Positions 19,633 through 29,308 of a stretch of DNA of 64,000 nt are shown here, piece after piece. Numbering within the stretch: position 1 is the first letter of the stretch; every line of letters starts with the position of its first letter. The notes below the pieces were generated by a model, which had not been told where the DNA came from, made no database searches, and saw nothing but the letters and a program-made list of their open reading frames with translations. The position numbers were made by a program, and so were the translations under genes. Source of the stretch: Chitinophagales bacterium (GTDB taxonomy: Bacteria; Bacteroidota; Bacteroidia; Chitinophagales; LD1); NCBI GenBank assembly GCA_046329535.1, contig JAXLUN010000006.1:72429-136428 (forward strand), in the 5' to 3' direction.

Positions 19633-20905
19633 CAGACTCAAGTCTTTTCTGTTTAAACAAGTTTCAGGGGCTCCGCTTATTGTCTTTCGGATTGCTTTCG
19701 GTATCATGATGTTTTTATCTCTTTTGCGATTTACGGCTAAGGGATGGGTTAGCATGCTTTACATTCAGCCCAAATTCTTTTTTACTTACTATGGTTTTGA
19801 GTGGGTAAAACCGCTGGATTCTACCGGTATATATATTGTATTCTCAGTTATGATGTTGGCTACATTGTTTATAGCAGCAGGGTTTCTTTATCGTATCAGT
19901 GCCCTTACCTTTTTTATACTTTTTACTTATGTAGAGTTGCTGGATAAAACCAATTATCTCAATCATTACTATTTTATTAGTATCATCAGTATGCTTCTTT
20001 GTTTTTTGCCGGCCACCAAGAGAATAGTACCAAGATGGGCTATTCTAACCATCCAATTACAAATGGCTGCGGTCTACTTTTTTGCGGGTATTGCTAAAAT
20101 AAATACAGACTGGCTGCTGCAGGCTATGCCACTGAAAGTATGGTTGCCAACCCGTACGAACATACCGTTTGGTTTTTTACTAGATGAAACTGTGGTGGCA
20201 TATATCTTCAGTTGGTGCGGAATGTTGTTTGATGTAAGTATTGCTTTTTTTCTTTTTAATCGGAAAACGGTATGGTATGCTTATGGGGTAGTGGTGGTTT
20301 TTCATGTGCTTACTGCTACACTTTTCCCAGGTATAGGTATGTTCCCGTTCATTATGATTGTATGCGCTACTGTTTTTCTTCCAGTCACTTTTCATCAAAA
20401 AGTACTTAGCTTGTTTAACCAATACACTGGTGAAATTTCTGTATACTCTTCTGTTCTAAAAAAGTCTACTAATCAATATTGGATAGTATTTATTTTATGT
20501 ATTCACTTCACCTTTCAGCTTATTCTACCATTTCGCTATGTTTTGTATCCGGATAACCTGTTTTATCATGAGCAGGGATTCCGTTTTAGCTGGCGAGTGA
20601 TGTTGATGGAAAAAGCTGGTTTGGTTTTTTTTCATGTGAAGGATAGTAAGGGAAAGTTACATGAGGTAAGAAACAGCGATTACCTTACCTGCCAGCAAGA
20701 AAAGCAAATGAGTACTCAGCCCGATATGATTTTACAGTTTGCACAGCACCTCAAAAACAGCCTTCATGTAAATGAGGTATATGCCGAAGCTTATGTGACG
20801 GTAAACGGCAGGGGCAGTCAGTTACTGCTTGACCCGAAGGTAAACCTCTTAACTGTTCAGGATGGGTTTGCCAATAAAAAATGGATATTGGCGCGGACAA
20901 ATTGA
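19622..20905 (+). CDS. HTTM domain protein (vitamin K-dependent gamma-carboxylase homologue)
   Basis: 427 aa and multi-TM. It contains LIVFRIAFGIMMF..., TNYLNHYYF and EQGFRFSWRVMLMEK...QPDMILQFAQHL. It overlaps the imelysin gene by 11 nt. Confidence 0.85.
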   Translation: MVTNRLKSFLFKQVSGAPLIVFRIAFGIMMFLSLLRFTAKGWVSMLYIQPKFFFTYYGFEWVKPLDSTGIYIVFSVMMLATLFIAAGFLYRISALTFFILFTYVELLDKTNYLNHYYFISIISMLLCFLPATKRIVPRWAILTIQLQMAAVYFFAGIAKINTDWLLQAMPLKVWLPTRTNIPFGFLLDETVVAYIFSWCGMLFDVSIAFFLFNRKTVWYAYGVVVVFHVLTATLFPGIGMFPFIMIVCATVFLPVTFHQKVLSLFNQYTGEISVYSSVLKKSTNQYWIVFILCIHFTFQLILPFRYVLYPDNLFYHEQGFRFSWRVMLMEKAGLVFFHVKDSKGKLHEVRNSDYLTCQQEKQMSTQPDMILQFAQHLKNSLHVNEVYAEAYVTVNGRGSQLLLDPKVNLLTVQDGFANKKWILARTN

Positions 20906-20907
20906 GC

Positions 20908-23349
20908 ATGAAAAAAGTTATTGTCAGTTTCTTATTGCTTTGGGTGGTAGGTGCTTTGCAAGCCAAGTATTACACTATCAGCGGAACGGTCAAAAACGAA
21001 ACTACCGGTCAGTCTGTTTCTGGAATTTCAGTCAGTTTAGATAAAAGTGGAGGTAAGACGCTGACAGATTCTATGGGCAATTTTTCCTTCCATAATCTGT
21101 ATTCAGGTATCTATCATCTTACATTCCGAAGTAGTTTTTACGAAAGAAAAAGCGTTGAGGTAAAAGTTGAAGGTGCCAGTGTAAGTATCCCTTCAGTATT
21201 ATTGAAACCGTTTGTACAGGAACTCTCCACTGTTACCGTTCAGGGCAATCAAAGTGGTTATGGAATAGCCCGGCTAAAAGCAGTAGAAGGCACTGCTATT
21301 TACGATGGCAAAAAGAATGAAGTAATAGTGATGAACGAGATGAACGTCTCACTTGCTACCAATTCATCACGACAAATATTTTCAAAAGTTCCCGGAATCA
21401 ATGTATGGGAAAGTGACGCAGCAGGCTTGCAATTAGGTGTGGCAGCCCGTGGTTTAGACCCTAACCGTACTTCTAATTTTAATACCCGCCAGAACGGATA
21501 TGATATGAGTGCCGATGCGCTCGGCTATCCGGAGAGTTATTATGTGCCTCCAGCCGAAGCTATTGACCGCATTGAAGTGGTGCGTGGTGCAGCATCACTG
21601 CAATACGGCCCTCAATTTGGTGGTATGCTTAACTATGTGTTGGCTCATGCCCCTATCGATAAAAAGATTGAGTGGAACTCGTTTACAACAGCCGGGGCCT
21701 ACAAGTTAGTGAGTACTTTCAACAGTCTGGGAGGCACAGTAAATGGTTTTAGCTATTATGGATTCTATAATTATAAACAAGGTGAAAGCTGGAGGCCCAA
21801 TGCCGGATTTAGATTGCACAATGCTTTTACCTCCGTAGGCTATAACTACAAAGACAAACTTCTATTCAGTGCGGAGTACACCTTATCCAGGTATCTTACG
21901 CAGCAATCGGGAGGATTGACAGATGCACAGTTTGCCGCCAGCGCTAAACAATCATTGCGACAACGTAACTGGTTTTTTACCAAATGGAATATTTTCTCTT
22001 TGAATATTAACTACAAACACAATGTGTTTCATCAGTTTAATCTTCGCTTATGGGGGTTTCTGGGGGCGCGTAATGCAGTCGGTTATCTAGGGCCCGCTAA
22101 CCGCATGGATGATGTTTCTAAAAACAGAGACTTAATAAAAGATAGCTATAGTAACCTGGGGGCAGAGGCCCGTTATGTTTGGAAGTATTACATACGTAAA
22201 AGTCTGTCCGCTTTGTTGATAGGTGGACGGTTTTATCTAGGGCAAACCCATAAGTCACAGGGTTTTGGCAACTCAGCAATTGCGGCTGATTTTAATTTTG
22301 TGAACGACAGTCTTACAAGTTCTGAGTACAATTTTCCGGGTATGAACATTGCATTGTTTGCCGAGAACTCTTTCAATATATCCAATAAAGTAAAAGTTAT
22401 CCCGGGAGTCCGCTTCGAGCACATCAGTACGCAGGCTCGCGGTAGTTATCGTCAAACAGTGAATGAAGTAGTTGACTCGGTATTACGAACTGAAGAGCGA
22501 TCTTTCAAAAGAAGTTTTGTTTTACTAGGGTTGGGACTTAGCTATCATGTTTGGAAAGGTACTGAGCTGTACTCGAATTTTTCTCAGAATTATAGGGGCA
22601 TTACTTTTACAGATATGCGCGTTGTGCGCATCAGCCAGTTGGTAGACCCCAATCTTCAAGATGAAACCGGATACAATTTTGATCTCGGCTATCGTGGTGA
22701 TGTAAATGGCTGGTTCAACTTTGATGTTAGTGGTTTCTGGTTGCAGTATAATAACCGTATCGGTCAAATTCAGGTGGTTGACAGTGCTTACAATATTTAT
22801 CGCTTAACCACCAACATAGGCACCACGCGCAGTATGGGTGCCGAGATATATGCTGAGGCAGATTTGTTTCAAGCTGCACATATATCTGATAAGGCAGGTA
22901 ATTTAGTTGTGTTCACATCATTGGGTTATACAAATGCGGTTTATATTAAATCTACGTTCAATAATGTAACCGGAAAATTTTTGGAGTTTGCTCCACCCGT
23001 AACCTTGCGTGGAGGCATTACTTACCGGTATAAGAAGTTTTCTACTACAATCAATGCCTCTTTTACTGACAGGCAGTTTACCGATGCCACTAATGCCTCT
23101 TTTACTCCAACAGCCGTCAACGGAGCTATACCGGCCTACTATGTCATGGACTGGAGTGCTAAGTATGCTATCAGGTGTTTGCAGTTTCAAGCAGGCATTA
23201 ATAATCTTACCAATAATATTTATTTCACCCGCAGAGCTGTTAGCTATCCGGGGCCGGGTATTATTCCAAGTGAACCTATTACTTTCTATTTCACACTTGG
23301 TATTAAACTCAACGAAAAACTGAGGGGAGATAATTTTGTCACTTTTTAG
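20908..23349 (+). CDS. TonB-dependent receptor with N-terminal CarboxypepD_reg domain
   Basis: Met at 20908 (MKKVIVSFLLLWVVGALQA) is 2 nt after the HTTM stop. It has plug motifs and a C-terminal beta-barrel. Confidence 0.9.
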   Translation: MKKVIVSFLLLWVVGALQAKYYTISGTVKNETTGQSVSGISVSLDKSGGKTLTDSMGNFSFHNLYSGIYHLTFRSSFYERKSVEVKVEGASVSIPSVLLKPFVQELSTVTVQGNQSGYGIARLKAVEGTAIYDGKKNEVIVMNEMNVSLATNSSRQIFSKVPGINVWESDAAGLQLGVAARGLDPNRTSNFNTRQNGYDMSADALGYPESYYVPPAEAIDRIEVVRGAASLQYGPQFGGMLNYVLAHAPIDKKIEWNSFTTAGAYKLVSTFNSLGGTVNGFSYYGFYNYKQGESWRPNAGFRLHNAFTSVGYNYKDKLLFSAEYTLSRYLTQQSGGLTDAQFAASAKQSLRQRNWFFTKWNIFSLNINYKHNVFHQFNLRLWGFLGARNAVGYLGPANRMDDVSKNRDLIKDSYSNLGAEARYVWKYYIRKSLSALLIGGRFYLGQTHKSQGFGNSAIAADFNFVNDSLTSSEYNFPGMNIALFAENSFNISNKVKVIPGVRFEHISTQARGSYRQTVNEVVDSVLRTEERSFKRSFVLLGLGLSYHVWKGTELYSNFSQNYRGITFTDMRVVRISQLVDPNLQDETGYNFDLGYRGDVNGWFNFDVSGFWLQYNNRIGQIQVVDSAYNIYRLTTNIGTTRSMGAEIYAEADLFQAAHISDKAGNLVVFTSLGYTNAVYIKSTFNNVTGKFLEFAPPVTLRGGITYRYKKFSTTINASFTDRQFTDATNASFTPTAVNGAIPAYYVMDWSAKYAIRCLQFQAGINNLTNNIYFTRRAVSYPGPGIIPSEPITFYFTLGIKLNEKLRGDNFVTF

Positions 23350-23430
23350 TAGTCATAAGTTCTGATTTCATATGCACCGACCTTAAAATATTTGTTGATA
23401 AGCCATTAAAAATTAGTTTCGAGCCCCTAA

Positions 23431-23461
23431 TTTTTTACATCATGCGTGAGCATGTAAAAAA
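23431..23461. other. AT-rich hairpin (10-bp stem TTTTTTACAT / ATGTAAAAAA, 11-nt loop)
   Basis: Read directly. It lies between the TonB receptor stop and the orphan gene start. It may be a weak terminator or a regulatory hairpin. Confidence 0.3.
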
Positions 23462-23473
23462 CAGACAGAGTTT

Positions 23474-24436
23474 ATGAGTAAAGCTAAATATACGGCTAGT
23501 AAAGTTGAACTGCATTATTTTTTTCCTGGCGATTCGCATAGTATGGATGCTCTGGTGCGTAACAAGTGTGAGAGTGAGTTGCTGGCCATGATGAAAGAAA
23601 TATCCAGTATTACCGGTGCACGGTTACGCGTAGAAACTGAGGCTTTTAATGTAGGAGGGCTGGTTGAGCGTTTCGTACTTCACGCCAAAAATGAATTTCT
23701 ACAGGGCTTTGTTGCCGAAGTCCTTACACAGATTTTACCTCAGGAGGTAGATCTGGAAACGGTTGTAACCGAGGTGGATAAGCAAAGCCGAAAGGAGAGA
23801 ACTGAACAATTAAAGAAAGAATTAAAGGAGTTTGAAAAAGGATTGGCTGATGAGATTGATATGGAAAACGCTTTGGGGCTTTTTCATGATAATCTAAAAC
23901 TGATTAAGTTGAAATCTAACTTTTACAAACATTTAAACGGTTACGATAAAGTGACTAAAATTTCTGCCCAAATATTGGATAGTAATAATAAATCGCTCAA
24001 GAGAGCCACGGTTGTCAGTCATACACAATTTGAAAAATACATACTGAAAACGGATGCTTTAAAGCCGGAAACAGATAAGGTAGCCATGATTGAAATTATA
24101 TCACCGGTATTAAAAAGCGGAAACTATAAGTGGAAGGGTATATATGCCAAAACAGGTAAGACTATCAACTTTGCCATGAAAGATATTGACTTTAAAAACG
24201 AAGTGATTAATGATGGTGTGTTATTTAAAAATGGTACCGGTATTGAGTGTACGTTGGAAATTGGCCGAAAGGTGAATGAATTTGGTGAGATAGTGACTAC
24301 TGGCTATACAGTAACACTGGTAGCCAAGAAACATGATGGCAATACTGCTACCGAGACCAATCATGGTAAAACTGTTCGCAAAAAGAAAGAGGCTGAAAAA
24401 CAACAGCTCGATTTATTTGGCAGTCTGTTTGGGTAG
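23474..24436 (+). CDS. hypothetical protein (orphan), C-terminal QLDLF motif
   Basis: 320-aa ORF with no recognisable family. It has a central charged coiled-coil-like segment and a beta-rich C-terminal half. QLDLF is encoded at 24404-24418. Confidence 0.65.
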   Translation: MSKAKYTASKVELHYFFPGDSHSMDALVRNKCESELLAMMKEISSITGARLRVETEAFNVGGLVERFVLHAKNEFLQGFVAEVLTQILPQEVDLETVVTEVDKQSRKERTEQLKKELKEFEKGLADEIDMENALGLFHDNLKLIKLKSNFYKHLNGYDKVTKISAQILDSNNKSLKRATVVSHTQFEKYILKTDALKPETDKVAMIEIISPVLKSGNYKWKGIYAKTGKTINFAMKDIDFKNEVINDGVLFKNGTGIECTLEIGRKVNEFGEIVTTGYTVTLVAKKHDGNTATETNHGKTVRKKKEAEKQQLDLFGSLFG

Positions 24437-24503
24437 TTTAACTCCGTTCAGATTAATGATTGTGACTGCATATTCGTTAATCCCATCTTTATAAGGTGAA
24501 AAT

Positions 24504-27323
24504 TCACTGCTTTTTGAAAAAACGCAGGTCATAGGTTAGCGTTAACAGCAGGTAACGTTTCAGCACCTGTGTTTTACTGTCTTCTACATAAGTCTCTGTT
24601 ACGATGCGTGTAACTCCGGTATTTTGATTTAAGATATCGTTGGCACTGAATTTTACTTCCAGGTTTTTATCTTTTAAAAACTTATATCCCAACGAGGCGT
24701 TGAGCAAAAAAAAGTTCTGGTTAAACCCTTGCGATACTCCTGCATACAAAGTATTTTGTAGGTTGGTGTTGAACACAAATCCTTTCCAAAACTGCCAGTT
24801 AAACTTGACCGAGGCGGTATGGTTAAAATAGTTGTTATCGCTGTTTTTCTGCAGGGTATTTTTTACTATATTGTAAGTGGCATTGTAGTTTACAGTAAAA
24901 TCAATCTTCTCGCTTATGTTGCTGCTCAATACAACTCCTGCGTTTATGCCGTGTGTATTAGATACATTAGTGGCATTATTGATTAAGCTTGGATTACGCA
25001 GATAGTTATAGCCCAGATTGAAATTGAGGTTGCATTTGATTTTGTTTAGAGGTAAGGCATAGGTGAAAAAACTATTCACATTTACATTACCATCTATATT
25101 TATCGGCTTCGATAGCTGAGAGCCGGCTCGTAATAGTACATTGCCGTTCAGCAGGGTATCTTTATCAGCTATAAAAATAGCGTTGGTAATACTGGCGGCC
25201 GTGTAGTTAACGGAAGCAAAAGCAAAAAATGATTGTGCCTTTTTATTATTAGTAAATCCGAACCGGGTCATAAAGAAGTGGCTGTAATTCTGCTTCAAAT
25301 CAGGGTTCCCTGCGCTCAGTAATAGCGGATTACTATTGTCTATTACACTTTGCAGTTGGGTGATAGAAGGAGGGTTGGTGGCAGTGCGGTAAAAAATGCG
25401 AATGTTGCTGCTATCTGAAAACTTAATATTCAGCATGCTTGTTGGCAGCAGGTTAAGAAAGCTCTTAGAAGTGACTGCGCCATAGGGAAAATACTGGTGA
25501 CCATTAAGTACCGCGTACTGCATGTTTCCTCCAACAGAAAAGTTAACTCCTTTCTCTCGAAAACGATAGCTGAATCCGGCTTTCTCAACATGGTAGCTGT
25601 AATCGTACTGATTACTCAAAATTGAATCGGTGAGATTGTAAGAATTATCTAGGGAATTAAAATTATTCGTTTGCTTGTCACTTTGATTCCAGTTGTAAGA
25701 AGGTTGGTAAGAAAAAGACATTAAACCCGTTCGACCTGCAGGTTCAGTATAGGTCAGGTTGCCACTGGCCGTATAGTTAAAACTGCGCGTGTCAGTTTGT
25801 TGGTCAATGGCTGCTGAATCGTTCTGCTCTGTATATCGGCTGAATGAGTTCTGCGCAGAGTTGCCTGTTTTATTATTAACAGATGAGGTTGCCTGTATGG
25901 AGATGGTGCGGCCTATCAGTTTAAAGCGGTGTTGATACAGTAAATCGGCCGATAAATTATATCCTTTACTCTTGGCTGTGTATTGGCTTGAGGTGCTGCT
26001 TAATAACTCATTGCCTGCCGTGTTGCTATTAGCTATGGTCCCGTTGTTTTGTTTATTTTGCTGCCAGCTGAATTTGGGGGTAAAGGTAAGCGAGTTGGCT
26101 GTGTCAATGGTATACTCTATGCGCAGGTTAGCGCGATGGTTCATGTTTTCTCCCGATGTAGTGTTTGTTTCCTGATAAAAGGTAGAACTATCGCCACTAT
26201 TGAAATACTGTCGGTTTAGTTCGGTGGTGTTTTTGTTGGTTACCATGTTAAAGAAATAACTACCCGATGTCTTTACTTTTTTTCTTTTTCCCCAAACATC
26301 CGAGTAATTGAACCCTGCTGAGTGTGTAACAGAAATGCCACCCTGTTGGCTTACCAGAAAGTTATCGGCAGGGCTGGTGGGCTGCCAGCCACCATTTCTT
26401 CCCCCTCCTCCCATACCTCTACCCATGCCCCCTCCACGTTGTGAACCACCGGTTACGCCTAGTAAGTCCTGCATAGAGAAATTCTGTTGATTTACATTAT
26501 TCGACATGCCAAGCAAGGACAAACGCCTATCGCCATTAAACCAGTTAATTATACCTCCGGCCGAGTATCTTGAATCTGTCAGATAACCGTAGCCGGCATA
26601 AACCTTTCCAAATACGCCATTGTTTTTCCCATTTTTAGTAACAATGTTCAGCCCTTTCTGAGAAGAGCCATCGTCAAAACCTGTAAAGCGCGCTTGATCA
26701 CTCATACGATCAAAAACTTGAACTCGGTCAACAATTTCTGACGGCAAATTTTTGAGCGCAAGCGATGCATCATCACCAAAAAAATCTTTACCGTCAACGG
26801 TTACTTTCTTTACAGCTTCTCCCTGCGCTTTGATGGTTCCGTTTTCAGAGGTGATTCCAGGCATTTTTGTAATCAAATCTTCGGCACTGGCATCGCGGCT
26901 GGTTTTATAGGCGGCTGCGTTGTACTCAGATGTATCTTCTTTTTGCTTGACCCTTACTTGCTCCTCGGTAATGGTTACATCCTTGAGTTGTGTTGCCGAA
27001 CGATTCATCGATATTGGCCCCAGGTTTTTATCTGCATCCTGTATCATAACAAACCGGCTGATTGGAGTATAGCCGATATAGGAAATGGTAAGGCGGTATT
27101 TTCCGGATGCCAAATCTGAAAACCTGAAATATCCATCCGCATCAGTAAGTGCACCACGCCACTGGGTGGTATCGGATAGTGAAATCAGCTTTACATTGGC
27201 GCTAATCACTCCGCTTCGGTCAGTCTCATCCAGTATTTGCCCATTCAACTGAAAGCTTTGTGCTAACAGGTTACTACTCACAGATATTAAAAACAAAATA
27301 AGGGCAGTGATGGGGAGCTGCAT
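24504..27323 (-). CDS. outer membrane beta-barrel protein, TonB-dependent-receptor-like (CarboxypepD_reg + plug-like + barrel)
   Basis: I prefer Met at 27323 (MQLPITALILFLISVSSNLLAQ). It contains NGQILDETDRSGVISANVKL...DADGYFRFSDLASGKYRL and a C-terminal aromatic-rich barrel. Confidence 0.8.
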   Translation of the reverse strand: MQLPITALILFLISVSSNLLAQSFQLNGQILDETDRSGVISANVKLISLSDTTQWRGALTDADGYFRFSDLASGKYRLTISYIGYTPISRFVMIQDADKNLGPISMNRSATQLKDVTITEEQVRVKQKEDTSEYNAAAYKTSRDASAEDLITKMPGITSENGTIKAQGEAVKKVTVDGKDFFGDDASLALKNLPSEIVDRVQVFDRMSDQARFTGFDDGSSQKGLNIVTKNGKNNGVFGKVYAGYGYLTDSRYSAGGIINWFNGDRRLSLLGMSNNVNQQNFSMQDLLGVTGGSQRGGGMGRGMGGGGRNGGWQPTSPADNFLVSQQGGISVTHSAGFNYSDVWGKRKKVKTSGSYFFNMVTNKNTTELNRQYFNSGDSSTFYQETNTTSGENMNHRANLRIEYTIDTANSLTFTPKFSWQQNKQNNGTIANSNTAGNELLSSTSSQYTAKSKGYNLSADLLYQHRFKLIGRTISIQATSSVNNKTGNSAQNSFSRYTEQNDSAAIDQQTDTRSFNYTASGNLTYTEPAGRTGLMSFSYQPSYNWNQSDKQTNNFNSLDNSYNLTDSILSNQYDYSYHVEKAGFSYRFREKGVNFSVGGNMQYAVLNGHQYFPYGAVTSKSFLNLLPTSMLNIKFSDSSNIRIFYRTATNPPSITQLQSVIDNSNPLLLSAGNPDLKQNYSHFFMTRFGFTNNKKAQSFFAFASVNYTAASITNAIFIADKDTLLNGNVLLRAGSQLSKPINIDGNVNVNSFFTYALPLNKIKCNLNFNLGYNYLRNPSLINNATNVSNTHGINAGVVLSSNISEKIDFTVNYNATYNIVKNTLQKNSDNNYFNHTASVKFNWQFWKGFVFNTNLQNTLYAGVSQGFNQNFFLLNASLGYKFLKDKNLEVKFSANDILNQNTGVTRIVTETYVEDSKTQVLKRYLLLTLTYDLRFFKKQ

Positions 27324-27466
27324 TGTACGATAAATACGGAAATAATTCACCACACGAAGTAATACAAACATTTTACATATCCCGGTTTAGTCAATAAGGT
27401 TTACAAATAATTAAGACACTTTTGCGTTTGAAATCAGTTGTTTTCTGAACCATCAAAAGCCATAGC

Positions 27467-29299
27467 ATGAAATTACCATCTGTAAGTTTATTGATTAATG
27501 CCCTGATAAAAACCTTCAGCCGATTTCCAATGGTGATTCTTTCGGCCTTAACCGGAACTATCTGTTCGCATCTGTTGATTGATGCACATCGTGCAGAGCC
27601 TACCGAGATAATACTTATCAAGCTACTCATGGTAAGCGCCTTAGGGCTTCCTTTATTTTTTGCTGCTCATGCTTTTCTTGAGAAAACGAAGGCTCAGCCC
27701 ATGTTCATCTTTATTTTATTAGCGGTAGCATCAGGACTTTTGGTTCAATATTATTTTACACTGGAAATAGATAAAGGGAATCAAAATGCCTACACTCTTT
27801 ACCGCTACTTCTTTTGGAGTTCTGGGCTTCACTTACTGGCGGCTTTCAGCTCATTTTTTGTATATGAAGAGATTAATGGATTCTGGCAGTTTAACAAAGC
27901 CTTATTTCTCCGGTTTCTAACTGCCGTATTGTATTCGGGTGTTTTGTATTTGGGGTTGGCCGGAGCTATACTGGCTGTAGATACCCTATTCAATTTACAT
28001 GTTGATACTGATATATATGGCGAGCTATGGGTGATAATATCCGGCTTGTTTAACACTATCTTTTTTTTAGGGGGCATACCTGAGCCTATTGAAAAGTTGA
28101 ACACCGAAACTGACTATCCGAATGGGTTGAAGATTTTTACTCAATATGTACTTCTCACTTTGGTCAGTATTTATCTGTTGATATTGTATGCCTATTCTGC
28201 TAAAATTCTGCTTGAATGGAGTTTGCCAAAGGGTTGGGTAGCGAATCTCATTTTTGGTTTCTCGATTGCCGGTATCTTCTCCCTGCTACTTGTTTACCCT
28301 ATCCGCAACCGGGAGGAGAACCGATGGATAAAAACCTTTTCACGTTTTTTCTATTTCAGTTTACTCCCCTTAATTGTCCTGTTGTTTGTAGCCATAGGAA
28401 CCCGTATCAGTGAGTATGGAGTTACCGTTGAGCGATACATCGTGGCTATGTTGGGAGTATGGTTGGCCGTGATTACCATTTACTTCATATTCTCTAAGCG
28501 GAAGAACATCATCCTTATACCGTTAACGCTTGTGCTGTTTCTGTTTGGCAGTTTGGTAGGCCCATGGGGAATGTTTCAGGTTTCGGAAAGAAGCCAGTTA
28601 AAAAGACTGCACCAGTTGCTGGAAAAAAACGGAGCCTTTGTAAATGGCAAGATAAAACCGTTGAGTGATGAGGAGGTGCAAAAAATAAAAATTAAGGATA
28701 TCCATCAGATTAATTCTATTCTGGAGTATCTGTACAACAATCACAGTTACCAAGGTATGGTTAATTGGTTTGAGGGTGACTGTGCCGCAAGGATTCGCCA
28801 AAGCAAAATCAATGGATACGATGATGTGATTCAGAATTGTATAGGGCTGGATGGTAGTACTGGGTTTTATCAGCCGCAGGAAAATGAGAATGAAATTGAT
28901 TTGTCATTCTATTGTCAGACCTATTACGATGGCAATGATTTAGATATAACCGGATACAATCATATCTATAGTTTTAATTTGAGTGATAACGGTTTTCAGG
29001 ATAGTGGCATGCATAAAAAACATCATGGAGTAACCACCCTCTCTGATAATCAGATAAAGTTATACCATGAAGGGACCTTAGCTTTTGAGGTTCCGCTCAA
29101 AGCCATAGCCAGCCAGCTTAATCAAAACCACGCGAATAAAAACAGTACTTACGAAGTAGAATCCCCGTACATGACTTTTGAAGTATTTAATTCAAAAAGC
29201 GAGCGTGTAAAGATGATGTTCAGCAATTTTAAATTCAAACAAACCGATACATCGATTACAGTGAAAGAAGCAGAAGGATATTTGTTGGTAAACGAATGA
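27467..29299 (+). CDS. polytopic membrane protein (DUF4153-like) with ~230-aa soluble C-terminal domain
   Basis: 610 aa with about 10-12 hydrophobic segments. The family call is from memory only. Confidence 0.55.
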   Translation: MKLPSVSLLINALIKTFSRFPMVILSALTGTICSHLLIDAHRAEPTEIILIKLLMVSALGLPLFFAAHAFLEKTKAQPMFIFILLAVASGLLVQYYFTLEIDKGNQNAYTLYRYFFWSSGLHLLAAFSSFFVYEEINGFWQFNKALFLRFLTAVLYSGVLYLGLAGAILAVDTLFNLHVDTDIYGELWVIISGLFNTIFFLGGIPEPIEKLNTETDYPNGLKIFTQYVLLTLVSIYLLILYAYSAKILLEWSLPKGWVANLIFGFSIAGIFSLLLVYPIRNREENRWIKTFSRFFYFSLLPLIVLLFVAIGTRISEYGVTVERYIVAMLGVWLAVITIYFIFSKRKNIILIPLTLVLFLFGSLVGPWGMFQVSERSQLKRLHQLLEKNGAFVNGKIKPLSDEEVQKIKIKDIHQINSILEYLYNNHSYQGMVNWFEGDCAARIRQSKINGYDDVIQNCIGLDGSTGFYQPQENENEIDLSFYCQTYYDGNDLDITGYNHIYSFNLSDNGFQDSGMHKKHHGVTTLSDNQIKLYHEGTLAFEVPLKAIASQLNQNHANKNSTYEVESPYMTFEVFNSKSERVKMMFSNFKFKQTDTSITVKEAEGYLLVNE

Positions 29300-29308
29300 A
29301 AACCGGAT

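Noticed and set aside
26385-26460. Gly/Arg/Met-rich tract (GGSQRGGGMGRGMGGGGRNGG) in the 24504-27323 outer-membrane protein
   Set aside because: It is probably just a flexible linker between the plug-like region and the barrel, with no repeat structure at DNA level beyond codon bias.
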